Positions 10,249 through 19,866 of a DNA stretch of 64,000 nt are shown here, one piece after another. Source of the DNA: an archaeon (lineage in GTDB: Archaea; Iainarchaeota; Iainarchaeia; Iainarchaeales; JAAZKV01); assembly GCA_041661245.1 (NCBI GenBank), contig JBAZUY010000002.1, positions 178,153 through 242,152 on the forward strand, in the 5' to 3' direction. The notes under the pieces are model-generated. The model saw nothing but the letters and a program-made list of their open reading frames with translations. It searched no databases and had not been told where the DNA came from. The first letter of the stretch is position 1, and each line of letters starts with the position of its first letter. The position numbers and the translations under genes were made by a program.

Positions 10249-10330
10249 AACCCTTTGTATCAAAGGACAAACCCTTTGGTTACAGGTAACCCTTTGTATC
10301 AAAGGACAAACCCTTTGGTTCAAAGGACAA
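10249..10330. repeat. four tandem ~20-bp units (A)CCCTTTGKWTCAAAGGACAA with palindromic cores
   Basis: A 33-bp direct repeat occurs at 10249-10281 and 10288-10320. CCTTTG-N3-CAAAGG palindromes occur at about 10252, 10292 and 10312. The array is intergenic, between two pilin-like genes. Confidence 0.8.
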
Positions 10331-10364
10331 TCATATTAGTTACAAGTACTCTTTGTTACAGCAA

Positions 10365-11141
10365 CTAATTTAGTTCCCCAGTTACTTCAGGGAAGAAATT
10401 TTGACAATCTGCCCAAGTGTAGTTTTTTGTTTTCTCGGAAGTATCTGAAGCTTGAACTGCAACATTAAAACAAGAAGGAACAAGAGTAGAAGATGTTGGA
10501 GAGTTTTGTTTTAATTTATAACAACCTACTCGTAAAATGTTTCTCAAACAATTATTTGGTTCTTTAAGAGAAGAACAAGGAATAATGTAAAGCGTCTTTT
10601 TTCCGGCAATTGTTTCTTTTAAGGCTACAAAAGAATTTGGAGAACTGGCTTGAATATTATTTGTTGAAGCCGCTCGGGGGTATAACGCAATCTCAGGTTT
10701 ATCGTAAGATGCTTTTAGTCCGCTTCCTTCAAGTAAAAACTGAGTATCAACTAAAACAAACGAAGAATCGGACGGAATGCTTTTTGCATAAACAATGTTT
10801 TTTGTTTTCGAACTGGATTTATGCTCAATAACCGAGAGAATCAGGGTATTTTGAATGTTCTCACCCTCCCCGACAGTTTGTGTAGCAAAATCCAAGTCAT
10901 AGAAAAATCTTTGAGAGTTAAAGCCGTAAGTCAAATAATCCGGAATGTTAGCCAGTTTAAATGAACACAATAAATCATTAGTCAATTGTTCCTCAATTAA
11001 CTTTGTGTTCCCAACAGCCAAATCCCTTGAGGAGTTAACTAACCCAACTCTTGAAACAAAATCATAAAACATTAATGCAACAACCGCTATCCCAACTGCA
11101 AAAAGAAGCATTTGCATTTTACTCATTATAAATCCAAGCAC
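10365..11141 (-). CDS. prepilin-like / pilus-associated protein
   Basis: Short N-terminus followed by a hydrophobic helix, MSKMQMLLFAVGIAVVALMFYDF. Lies within the pilin operon. Confidence 0.45.
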   Translation of the reverse strand: MLGFIMSKMQMLLFAVGIAVVALMFYDFVSRVGLVNSSRDLAVGNTKLIEEQLTNDLLCSFKLANIPDYLTYGFNSQRFFYDLDFATQTVGEGENIQNTLILSVIEHKSSSKTKNIVYAKSIPSDSSFVLVDTQFLLEGSGLKASYDKPEIALYPRAASTNNIQASSPNSFVALKETIAGKKTLYIIPCSSLKEPNNCLRNILRVGCYKLKQNSPTSSTLVPSCFNVAVQASDTSEKTKNYTWADCQNFFPEVTGELN

Positions 11142-11165
11142 CCAAAAATCACCAAAACAAATCCA

Positions 11166-11774
11166 TTACGCTGCCTTGTACCAAATACAAACTTTAGGAT
11201 AAGTATCCCCTGCTGGAGAAACGTTCACAAGTCTATAACCGCCAATCAAAATTTGTCCTTCTTTTGTAGGATCTACAGTTTTATAATCAGCTGTATCCGG
11301 TCCGCCTTCACAACTCGTTTCTGTTAAAAAATTTGTTAACGGAGGTAAATCAATACACTTGGATTTGAAAGCATTAGGAATATTTGGATTAGAAAAAGTC
11401 ATAACATAACACTCTTCAGAAGGATAATTGCATCTTGCAGTACAAAGATTTTTGTTCGTTTCCACTTCAAGTTTCATCACGGTTTCTCTTGAAGCAAAAC
11501 ATTTTTCATCAGGGTGAAAATAAAAAGCATTTGAACTTTTTCTTGCAACTGTATCCTCAAGTGCAATTTTGAACTTAGTCATTTCTCTATCCACCGTATT
11601 AAGACAAACCTCAGTATTTACTTTCTCAAGCATGTTATACCCTACAATAACAACAAAAGTCATTATTATTACGGCTACAAATAATTCAAAGGGAGCAGCT
11701 GCTTGTCCTTTTTGACAAAAAAGGACTTGAGCTCGCTGATTCAAAAACCTAGTCATTTTACTACCACAATCCAC
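11166..11774 (-). CDS. archaeal type IV prepilin-like protein
   Basis: N-terminus CQKGQAAAPFELFVAVIIMTFVVIVGY (K-G-Q followed by a hydrophobic helix). The mature domain is Cys-rich. Confidence 0.55.
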   Translation of the reverse strand: MDCGSKMTRFLNQRAQVLFCQKGQAAAPFELFVAVIIMTFVVIVGYNMLEKVNTEVCLNTVDREMTKFKIALEDTVARKSSNAFYFHPDEKCFASRETVMKLEVETNKNLCTARCNYPSEECYVMTFSNPNIPNAFKSKCIDLPPLTNFLTETSCEGGPDTADYKTVDPTKEGQILIGGYRLVNVSPAGDTYPKVCIWYKAA

Positions 11775-11800
11775 TAACTTATATTCAAAAAATAAAAGAA

Positions 11801-11986
11801 CTAACTTCCACTTGCACTTGTTTTTGGAATTGTTTTCAAACTTGACTGGTACATTGGCTTAACTATTAACACAAGCAACAAAGCAGCAATAGCAAAAACA
11901 AGTATTAAGTAAACACTTCCAAAATCGCTTGTTCCACTCTCTTCAAAAAACAAAGAATCTTTTTTTATCAATACATTTGGTTTCAT
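11801..11986 (-). CDS. small single-pass membrane protein
   Basis: 61 aa with one TM helix (VYLILVFAIAALLLVLIV). Lies within the pilin operon. Confidence 0.35.
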   Translation of the reverse strand: MKPNVLIKKDSLFFEESGTSDFGSVYLILVFAIAALLLVLIVKPMYQSSLKTIPKTSASGS

Positions 11987-12049
11987 AAAAAGAATAAGGA
12001 GAAAAGAAGTATATAAAACTTCTTTTCCCGGTAAATTACTATTTCACGC

Positions 12050-12571
12050 TTATCTTATTGATCTAATTAAAATTATTCCACAACAAGGTTGAACTTTTTC
12101 ACAGAAAGATTCTGGGTCACCAAGAGTGTATGGTGTTGTTGATGCTTCAAGTAAAGCAAATTTCTTTACTAAATCTTCAGCAGTTTGTGCGCAAATAACT
12201 TTTGCAGCTAACTTCTTTTGTGTAGATCCAGTATAAACTAAAGAATCTCCTTCTGATCCGATTGACATAGAGTCTTTTGTTTCATCAAACTGACCGTATA
12301 CAAAGAACATGGATTTTTCATCAAGTTCTGTTTTTACTGCCAAATCAGATGTTGTGATTGGTTCGTCTTTCTTAAGAACAAATTCTTGAGATGTAGCTGG
12401 CCCACTTGGAGCAGCAGTTTTTACAGCATCCCCTAAAACTTTCTTTGCATCAGAATAGTTACCTATTCCAACATTTCCAATAACCATTAATAAAATTATT
12501 AATATTGCAAATGCAACAACACCCGCAATCATTAATTCAAATACACTAAAAGCTTGTCCTCTTTGATTCAT
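12050..12571 (-). CDS. archaeal type IV prepilin-like protein (possible major pilin)
   Basis: N-terminus MNQRGQAFSVFELMIAGVVAFAILIILLMVIG is a classic short basic leader, then G-Q, then a hydrophobic helix. It also has a C-terminal Cys cluster. Confidence 0.6.
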   Translation of the reverse strand: MNQRGQAFSVFELMIAGVVAFAILIILLMVIGNVGIGNYSDAKKVLGDAVKTAAPSGPATSQEFVLKKDEPITTSDLAVKTELDEKSMFFVYGQFDETKDSMSIGSEGDSLVYTGSTQKKLAAKVICAQTAEDLVKKFALLEASTTPYTLGDPESFCEKVQPCCGIILIRSIR

Positions 12572-12639
12572 GAATAAAACACCTGCAATAAGAAGAGCAA
12601 AGTAGTATTTAAACTTTGCATTATAACGCGGGACAAAAA

Positions 12640-13212
12640 TTAGTCAAGTTTCTTTCCAAAGGAGATTGTGCACTCCATACAACAAGAATTTTCAGGATCA
12701 TAGGGATTACAAGTTTGATCGGGCACACATTTTGAATATACTTTAATAGCCAGTGTTTGACTAAACTCGGCTTTTACCCCATCAACTATTTTTATTGATC
12801 CCTCCGAGGCACTGGAAACAAAATGAAAACACTTCTCATTCACTTGAGTCCAATTTTGAGCATCAAGACCATCAATACCAAATCCTCTTGCAAATGTTAA
12901 ATCACCGGAAGAGGCAATCGTTACTCCATTTGAAGAAGAGGCGGAGGATTTAACCAAATTAATTAAATCGTTCTTTGATTGTTCAATTATCTGACCATTA
13001 AAGTAATTAATCAGGGAAATAATAATCAATAAAATTGCAAGCCCCACTACGGAGTCAATCATTAAACGGAAAACTGCTTCAGCTTGAGCCTTTTGCTCTT
13101 CGAGCAAAACCCTCGGGAAAAAGAAGCCGCGGGCATGAGCCTTGTTTTCATTAAACACAGAAGAACTTAATTTTATTTGTTTTTGTTTAACCAAACAATT
13201 CACCAAACTCAA
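12640..13212 (-). CDS. prepilin-like protein
   Basis: N-terminus EQKAQAEAVFRLMIDSVVGLAILLIIISL. C-terminal Cys cluster CNPYDPENSCCMEC. Confidence 0.5.
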   Translation of the reverse strand: MSLVNCLVKQKQIKLSSSVFNENKAHARGFFFPRVLLEEQKAQAEAVFRLMIDSVVGLAILLIIISLINYFNGQIIEQSKNDLINLVKSSASSSNGVTIASSGDLTFARGFGIDGLDAQNWTQVNEKCFHFVSSASEGSIKIVDGVKAEFSQTLAIKVYSKCVPDQTCNPYDPENSCCMECTISFGKKLD

Positions 13213-13219
13213 ATTTACA

Positions 13220-15583
13220 TTATATTGGTTGCATTATTGAACCAATTGCAAGGTTTGCAACTATTGTTGTAACTAAATATACTGCCATTGCTATTGGAAG
13301 AGACTTGGATAAGTTTATTCTAAAAAGCAAATCGTTATCCTCTTTGATTTTTGTAGTAAAATAAGTAAGAATAATTACGATAAGTGCAACATAAATTCCA
13401 ATTATTATCATGTACATTAAAGGGGTTGCAAAAGTTTTGAACACAGTTATATCAATCTTGAAAAGAGAACTCATATTCATATTCCCTGCTAAATCTCCTA
13501 CATTCTCTCCGCCCGCACCCACATCCGAACCAACTACTTGGGCAAGAGTCATAATAACTACTTTTTGAAGAGCAGTAGTAATACCTAGTACCATTGGGGC
13601 AATAAAAATCGCCATAGTCTGCATTGTTGTTGTTACGTCACTAACCATTTCTTTTAGGGATTTGTTAACTTTGTCCATGTTTTCCATTTGAAGAGAAAGA
13701 GACATTAATGTTCTTGAGGCAACTTCTACCCCCAAACCAACGGAGTCAACTAGTAAACGCATTGCTGTTGAAAGAATTTTGGAAGGAATTCCTTTCATCG
13801 CACCATACATGGGATCAAAAACAGCGGCTTCAAGTGGAAGACCCATTAATTCAATATTTTCCACAGTTTTTCCAAAAATTCTTTTACTAATCATTAAATT
13901 TGGCAAAAACTCTTTTGCTTGTTTTAAGGCATTCTCAACAGGTTTATTTTCACCCATTCTTGAAGCAATCATGTACATGGATTCTTTGAATTCATCTTCC
14001 ATTTGAATAATAACATCTTGAGCTCTTTTCTTGTAAATATTTCTATAGTATAATAACACGCTTCCGGCACAAACAAATGAAAGAATTAATCCTGCCCAAA
14101 AAATGTATTTTGTGGAGTCACGTTGAGGAGAACTTTCCCACATTAACTTATCTTTAATCACTTTATTTTCTGCTTCAGTAGGATCAATTCCCGAGGCAGT
14201 CAATTGCAAATAATATTCCCCGTGCTGCAAATCTTCAAGCTGAATAAAGTACAAATCAGTTACCTTTGCAAAATAATTAATACTACTTTTTTCTTTCATA
14301 GTGTCTGTCAAAGTTCTATCAGCAGGAATTATTTGAGGCAATCCTTCTTCGATTTGATCTGCAGAAAAAATAAATTTTGGAGGAAGCCCTTGTGAAGAAA
14401 CAAATAAGGATATTAGTAAACCAAAAATCAAAATTCCTGCAGCAAACATTCTGGAATCAAACCACATTCCATTAAATTGCATCATCCATTTCTTTGGAAG
14501 TTCAGCAAAATCATCAGTAATATTTGGAGGCTCGTATGTCGGAGGTCTTTTTTTCACTACCCCTTTAGCAAAACTAAAAGCGAAAAATGGAATTGCAATA
14601 CAATAAATTCCAATCAAAATTGGGGGGGTGGCAAAAGGCATTCCGGAAAAAGCAGCACCAACAGGAAGAATAATTACAAGTAATAATGGGAGTAATACTC
14701 CAATATAGAATAACATTACGGCGGGTTGATTTAGAGATCTTGCATAATCCCCCATTTTGTCTTTAACACTATCAAGTACTTCAAGCATTGTTTTATCCAA
14801 AATTGCGTACCTGTGCGATTCACTTGGTTCCATTACACTTGAACGAATTCGCATTAAAGAATCTTTTAATTCACTGGAGTATTTTCCCCACCGAATTGCC
14901 ATTAAATCTAATCCTTCGCTTACTGAGGAATAAACTCCAATTTGAAAATCCCATAATAATCTTTTGAAATCATCAGCGACTTTTCCTTTACCGTGTTTCG
15001 CACTAAATTCAATTGCTTTTTCTAAATTTGGAACTAACTTCATGGACATTATCAAATATCCAACCATTTCAGGAACATACGTTAGCGATTTTGTTCTCTC
15101 TTCTTCTGCCATTGAGATGGGGTAAGTATAAATGTAATAAATTATTCCTCCAATTATTGCAAACAAAACAAAAGCAACTGCCATGAAAACTAGCGGAGCA
15201 ATGTCCATAAACATGTCAATAAGAAAAGTTCCCCCAATGTGATTAGATCCAATATCAAAACCAAATCCCATTATGTAAACAATCGCAAGTAAAATTAGGG
15301 AAGGGATTGCTCCAACAATTGCAATTCCTTTTATTGCGGACATAAATTCTTCCGCACTTAGTTTCCAACCCAAAAAGTCAATTGCTTCTTTATAATTCTC
15401 AGCGTAAACTGCTCCCCTTCCAAGGCCTGGAAATTGTTTATGCATTTTTTTACAAAAAATAACAAACTCGGGATCTTTCTCAACCATCATTTGAGTTTCG
15501 CCGTCAAAGTTCTCACTAACAGCAGTAATTCCACGATACAATTCTCCAGGAGATGCTTCGTATTGAATCTTTTTTTGAGGCAA
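13220..15583 (-). CDS. FlaJ/TadC-like (T2SS-F family) polytopic pilus assembly platform protein
   Basis: 787 aa with many TM helices separated by two soluble helical domains. It is the first gene of the pilin operon. The family assignment rests on architecture and context only. Confidence 0.6.
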   Translation of the reverse strand: MPQKKIQYEASPGELYRGITAVSENFDGETQMMVEKDPEFVIFCKKMHKQFPGLGRGAVYAENYKEAIDFLGWKLSAEEFMSAIKGIAIVGAIPSLILLAIVYIMGFGFDIGSNHIGGTFLIDMFMDIAPLVFMAVAFVLFAIIGGIIYYIYTYPISMAEEERTKSLTYVPEMVGYLIMSMKLVPNLEKAIEFSAKHGKGKVADDFKRLLWDFQIGVYSSVSEGLDLMAIRWGKYSSELKDSLMRIRSSVMEPSESHRYAILDKTMLEVLDSVKDKMGDYARSLNQPAVMLFYIGVLLPLLLVIILPVGAAFSGMPFATPPILIGIYCIAIPFFAFSFAKGVVKKRPPTYEPPNITDDFAELPKKWMMQFNGMWFDSRMFAAGILIFGLLISLFVSSQGLPPKFIFSADQIEEGLPQIIPADRTLTDTMKEKSSINYFAKVTDLYFIQLEDLQHGEYYLQLTASGIDPTEAENKVIKDKLMWESSPQRDSTKYIFWAGLILSFVCAGSVLLYYRNIYKKRAQDVIIQMEDEFKESMYMIASRMGENKPVENALKQAKEFLPNLMISKRIFGKTVENIELMGLPLEAAVFDPMYGAMKGIPSKILSTAMRLLVDSVGLGVEVASRTLMSLSLQMENMDKVNKSLKEMVSDVTTTMQTMAIFIAPMVLGITTALQKVVIMTLAQVVGSDVGAGGENVGDLAGNMNMSSLFKIDITVFKTFATPLMYMIIIGIYVALIVIILTYFTTKIKEDNDLLFRINLSKSLPIAMAVYLVTTIVANLAIGSIMQPI

Positions 15584-15753
15584 AATAACACACCAAATCT
15601 ATTGCTAAAAATAGGTTAATGGAATATAAAAAGGAAACTATTTATGAAAAGAAAATAAAAAAATGCTTGAAAAAAAGATACTTTGAGGAGTAAGATTGCA
15701 TTTTGAATAAATTTCCATTGCTTTTTGTAACTTTTTGCCTGCAAAAGAAACAA

Positions 15754-16317
15754 TCATTGCTTTTCATAACTCTTTTGCAATTTCTCAAGAGCGTCAGCAA
15801 TTTTCTTTGTTTCTTCTTCAACCATTTTCTTTGTCCAAGCATTAAAGGATTCTTTTAGAGAGTCACGCATTTCGCTTGTTGGAGAAGGATTAATCTTGTA
15901 CACTAAGCCATCTCTTACAATAAAACCTAAATCAATTATTCTATTCAAATGGTAACGAATTAACTTTTCGCTCATATCCACGGAGTTCTTTTCCATTATG
16001 AATGCTTTAATTTCAAGAGTTGTGGGAGCTTGCTTTTTTGTAAATAGCGAAGTGAATAAGGCATCAAAAACTAAGAAACCTTTATCCCTTGTTTCTTTTG
16101 GAGAAATTAACCCAAGGGACAAGCAACACCAGCGGAGCAAGGATTTTTTTGTTAAAGTTACAGAAGCGGGCAAATCTAATTGACGAAGGATTAATTCTTT
16201 TCTAATTAGTTCTGCTTCAGGAATAATATCTGCCAAAAAAACCACCACAAATTTAGGGAAAAACTCTTTTTCCTCAACAATTGATTGACTAAAGTAGTAT
16301 TTAATCCTTTTTAGCAA
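15754..16317 (-). CDS. winged-helix DNA-binding protein (putative transcription regulator)
   Basis: Contains KLIRYHLNRIIDLGFIVRDGLVYKINP, a wHTH recognition helix plus wing. The track start is a TTG. Palindromes lie immediately upstream. Confidence 0.5.
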   Translation of the reverse strand: MLKRIKYYFSQSIVEEKEFFPKFVVVFLADIIPEAELIRKELILRQLDLPASVTLTKKSLLRWCCLSLGLISPKETRDKGFLVFDALFTSLFTKKQAPTTLEIKAFIMEKNSVDMSEKLIRYHLNRIIDLGFIVRDGLVYKINPSPTSEMRDSLKESFNAWTKKMVEEETKKIADALEKLQKSYEKQ

Positions 16318-16318
16318 A

Positions 16319-16385
16319 AAAGGAGATAATCCTTTTCACAAAAAGGAGATAATCCTTTTTTTAAAAAAAGGATAAACCTTTTTTC
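16319..16385. promoter_or_regulatory. three tandem palindromes (AAAGGA-GATAA-TCCTTT x2 plus AAAAGG-ATAAA-CCTTTT), candidate operator
   Basis: Centres are about 23 bp apart and the array begins 2 nt upstream of the wHTH gene start. Confidence 0.4.
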
Positions 16386-16432
16386 AGAAAAAAGTTCAAC
16401 CTTTAACTAAGAGGCCTGCCTTTATCAAACAA

Positions 16433-16585
16433 TTAACCTTTAACTAGAAGGTATATTGCAATTAAGAACAAAGCTAATGTTCCTATTGGCGCCAAAGCAT
16501 TTACTACTGGTATGTATGGAAGCACTAATGCGATTAGCATTATTATTCCAATTAATTTATTATTAGAAATTTTGTTTTTACTCAT
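16433..16585 (-). CDS. unannotated 50-aa two-helix membrane peptide
   Basis: My own translation: MSKNKISNNKLIGIIMLIALVLPYIPVVNALAPIGTLALFLIAIYLLVKG. It falls below the ORF-track length cutoff. Confidence 0.3.
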   Translation of the reverse strand: MSKNKISNNKLIGIIMLIALVLPYIPVVNALAPIGTLALFLIAIYLLVKG

Positions 16586-16698
16586 ACTAAGTTATAGGTT
16601 TAACCCCTTATAATTCCCTCACCCAGATCAAGTATACATAATTAATCTTTAGAGTTAAATTTAATAAGTATGAGTGGATTACTTGTATTAGAATAATT

Positions 16699-17070
16699 TT
16701 GGTGGTAATAATGATAGATTTGAAAGCAGAACTAAATCCAATGAGAATGTTACTCTCAAGAAGAGAACCAGTTGAACTAATGATAGAAATGAACAACAAC
16801 ACAAACAAGTCCCAAATGGTTTCACTTGAAATTTACTCAGGAGAAATGCTTGCTTTTGACAAGGGCGGAAGAACTGGAATTGAAACAAAAAAAATAATTG
16901 ATTTTAAAGCTGGAGAAAGACAAAGAGATTATTACCACTTATACCCTAGACCAAACGCTAATTCGGGCAGCAGTCAAACAATTACGCTTGTAATCAACGA
17001 ACACTTCAACAATAGTTTCCAATACGTGCAAAGCAAAAAAACTAAGGAACTGACATTAAGGATTGATTAA
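16699..17070 (+). CDS. hypothetical protein
   Basis: 123-aa ORF. No motif recognised. Confidence 0.4.
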   Translation: MVVIMIDLKAELNPMRMLLSRREPVELMIEMNNNTNKSQMVSLEIYSGEMLAFDKGGRTGIETKKIIDFKAGERQRDYYHLYPRPNANSGSSQTITLVINEHFNNSFQYVQSKKTKELTLRID

Positions 17071-17194
17071 TCCTTTTTTCAGGCAAAAAAGTAAAAGAAC
17101 TAGCACTAAAAATTAACTACAAAATTCTTTAGTGTTTGACTTACTTTTTTAATTCCATACTAACAAATTTAATTTAGTTTTAGGGGTTGATTTA

Positions 17195-18277
17195 ATGAGA
17201 CTATTCATACCAGGACCAGTTAGTGTGTCAAACAATATTGTTCAAGCAATGGACAAAGAAATGATTGGGCACAGAGGAAAAGAATTCGCTGAGATCTTTG
17301 GAGAATGTAGTTCGGGACTAAAAAAAGTCTTCCAAACTAATAATAGAGTACTCATTTCAACTAGTTCAGGAACTGGATTAATGGAAGCGGCTATTAGAAA
17401 CTGTGTTAACTCTGACGTACTAATGGTTGAATGCGGAGCATTTGGAAAAAAATGGGTTGACATTGCTAAGGCTTGTGGAAAAAACGTGGATGTATTACAC
17501 GTGGAAGCTGGAAAAGCTGTTACTTATGAAGAACTTGAAAAGAAATTATCTGAGAAAAAATATGAAGCAGTTTGTGTAACACACAATGAAACTTCAACAG
17601 GAGTTGCTAATAACTTAGCAGATCTTACTCCTTTAATCAAAGAACACGGAGCACTATATTGCGTTGATACTGTTTCCTCAATGGGCGGAGCTAATGTGGC
17701 TGTTGATGAAATCGGAATTGATGTTTGTTTAACAAGCTCACAAAAATGCTTTTCATTACCACCAGGATTAAGTTTTGCTTCTGTTAGCGAACGTGCACTG
17801 GAAAAATCCAAAACTGTAAAAGGAAAAGGATATTATTTTGATTTTGTAGAACTAGCTAAAGAGTATGATACAAATCAAACCCCATACACTCCTGCAGTTG
17901 GATTAATCTTCGGGTTACGCGAACAACTCAAAGGAATGCTTACTGAAGGAATGGATAACGTTTGGGCAAGACATGTTGCTTTTGCAACTGAAACACAAAA
18001 TTGGGCCACTTCACACGGATTAGGATTATTCGCACAAGAAGGAAACAGGTCAGTAACAGTTACTTGTGTTGAAAACACTAAGAAAGCAAATTTAGAAGAT
18101 GTGAAGAAAAAAGTAAAAGCACGCGGATATGTAATGGATGCAGGGTACAGAAAGTTAAATGATAATTTAATCGCTGCAGGAAAAAATGAAACCCTACGAA
18201 TTCCACACATGGGAAACTTAACAATGGCTGAGTTGAAAGCATACTTGGATTGTTTAACTGAAGAAATGAAATTGTAG
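17195..18277 (+). CDS. class V (AGT-family) PLP aminotransferase, probably phosphoserine aminotransferase
   Basis: PLP-lysine context TSSQKCFSLPPG and full-length class V layout. It sits directly upstream of the serA-like gene. Confidence 0.8.
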   Translation: MRLFIPGPVSVSNNIVQAMDKEMIGHRGKEFAEIFGECSSGLKKVFQTNNRVLISTSSGTGLMEAAIRNCVNSDVLMVECGAFGKKWVDIAKACGKNVDVLHVEAGKAVTYEELEKKLSEKKYEAVCVTHNETSTGVANNLADLTPLIKEHGALYCVDTVSSMGGANVAVDEIGIDVCLTSSQKCFSLPPGLSFASVSERALEKSKTVKGKGYYFDFVELAKEYDTNQTPYTPAVGLIFGLREQLKGMLTEGMDNVWARHVAFATETQNWATSHGLGLFAQEGNRSVTVTCVENTKKANLEDVKKKVKARGYVMDAGYRKLNDNLIAAGKNETLRIPHMGNLTMAELKAYLDCLTEEMKL

Positions 18278-18331
18278 GAACACACTAAAACATGGACAAG
18301 AATTAATGCAATGAAAGTTTTTGGAGGATGA

Positions 18332-19303
18332 TTGAATATGGCAAAGGTATTAGTAACAGATCAAGTAAGTGAAACAGCTCTTGACATAATGAAACGAGCA
18401 GGACTTGAACTTGATGTAAAAACTGGACTAAAGGAAGACGAACTATCATCGATTGCAGGAAATTATGATGCCTTTGTTATTAGAAGCGGAGTAAAAATCA
18501 CTGCCAAGGTTTTAGAAGCAGGATCCAAAGGAAAATTAAAAATTATTGGAAGAGCTGGAGTTGGAGTAGATAATGTTGACAAAGATAGCGCAAAAGCACT
18601 TGGAATTGTTGTAGAAAATACTCCTTTTGGAAACACTAATGCTGCTGCGGAGCAAACACTTGCTTTGATGATGCTTTGTGCTAGACCAAATTATTTAGCA
18701 TGCAAATCCATGAAAGACGGAAAGTGGGATAGAAAAAGTTTTGAAGGAACTGAACTAAAAGCTAAAACACTTGGAATAGTTGGATTTGGAAATGTTGGAA
18801 AAAAAGTTGCTAAAGTTGCGTTAGCAATGGAAATGAATGTACTTGTATTTGATCCATTTATTCCAGATACAAAACTTGCTGAATTTGGAGTAAGCAAAGC
18901 AGAAGTATTTGATATTGTAAAAAACGCGGATTATATTACGGTTCACGTTCCACTAACTGATAAAACAAAAGACATGTTTTCGGATGATCAATTCGCACAA
19001 ATGAAAAATGGAGTAAGAATTTTGAATGTTGCACGCGGAGGGGTAATAAATGAAAATGCACTCCTTAAAGCACTTAACTCTGGGAAAGTTGCTGCAGCTG
19101 GACTAGATGTTTACTCAGAAGAACCCCCATTGAACAAAGAGCTAATAATGCATGACAAAGTTATTTGCACTCCCCACTTAGGAGCATCAACTTTTGAAGC
19201 CCAGGAAAACGTTGGACTTGAAGTTGCAGAACAAATGGTACTTGCTTTGCAAAAAGGCGAAGTAAAGAATTGTGTTAATGGATTAACAAAACTAAGAAAC
19301 TAA
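18332..19303 (+). CDS. serA: D-3-phosphoglycerate dehydrogenase-like 2-hydroxyacid dehydrogenase (short form, no ACT domain)
   Basis: Contains GRAGVGVDNVD, the NAD-binding GIVGFGNVGKKVA, and the catalytic region LNVARGG...TPHLGAST. Confidence 0.8.
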   Translation: MNMAKVLVTDQVSETALDIMKRAGLELDVKTGLKEDELSSIAGNYDAFVIRSGVKITAKVLEAGSKGKLKIIGRAGVGVDNVDKDSAKALGIVVENTPFGNTNAAAEQTLALMMLCARPNYLACKSMKDGKWDRKSFEGTELKAKTLGIVGFGNVGKKVAKVALAMEMNVLVFDPFIPDTKLAEFGVSKAEVFDIVKNADYITVHVPLTDKTKDMFSDDQFAQMKNGVRILNVARGGVINENALLKALNSGKVAAAGLDVYSEEPPLNKELIMHDKVICTPHLGASTFEAQENVGLEVAEQMVLALQKGEVKNCVNGLTKLRN

Positions 19304-19348
19304 TTATTAGAATTTGGCTTGGGTTTTACCCAAGTCCCTTATTTTTTA

Positions 19349-19804
19349 TTATAATCTTCTTTTCGTCATGTTATAATATTTCATTAAAGTTTTTGCTTGC
19401 AACGGAGTTACTTTTAATTTTCCTTGAAGAACTCCATCCTTTTTTCCCCTCTCCAAATCAAGCAATCTATTCACGAGTTCAACTAAAACAGTTTGCTCTA
19501 CAGAGCGTCTTTCAATAAACAATTCTCCTTTTTCAGCAGCAGACAAAACTGCATAAATTCTACTTGCGATTGGAGAATAAATGTGAGGCCTACTCTTTGG
19601 AGCTGTTGCAATAATATTTACTTCTTTAATCATTTGACGAGTAATATCTACTCCGTGATGCCCACTAACTCCAGGAACCCCAAGTGCGCCAACTGGTTTT
19701 TTTGCACCAGGCAAATTAAAGTTCCCACTTTTCTTAAGAGCACCAAACACGGCTCTTTTATTCAACGAATTCATCTTAGGCATAACTAAGTTTACTTCTT
19801 CCAA
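19349..19804 (-). CDS. hypothetical basic protein
   Basis: 151-aa ORF. No motif recognised. Confidence 0.4.
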   Translation of the reverse strand: MEEVNLVMPKMNSLNKRAVFGALKKSGNFNLPGAKKPVGALGVPGVSGHHGVDITRQMIKEVNIIATAPKSRPHIYSPIASRIYAVLSAAEKGELFIERRSVEQTVLVELVNRLLDLERGKKDGVLQGKLKVTPLQAKTLMKYYNMTKRRL

Positions 19805-19866
19805 ATATTTAATACTAATCGGAACAGGACAAAAGACTTAAAAGGACTAAAAGAATTTATTTAATC

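Noticed and set aside
10249-10330. A mini CRISPR array.
   Set aside because: There are only two full 33-bp copies with a 6-bp gap, so no spacer-sized unique sequences. No cas genes are present. The units are palindromic operator-like repeats.
15642-15842. The 66-aa minus-strand ORF between the wHTH gene and the FlaJ-like gene.
   Set aside because: It overlaps the 3' end of the wHTH gene in another frame and covers an AT-rich promoter-like region. Its translation is Lys/Phe-rich and low-complexity.
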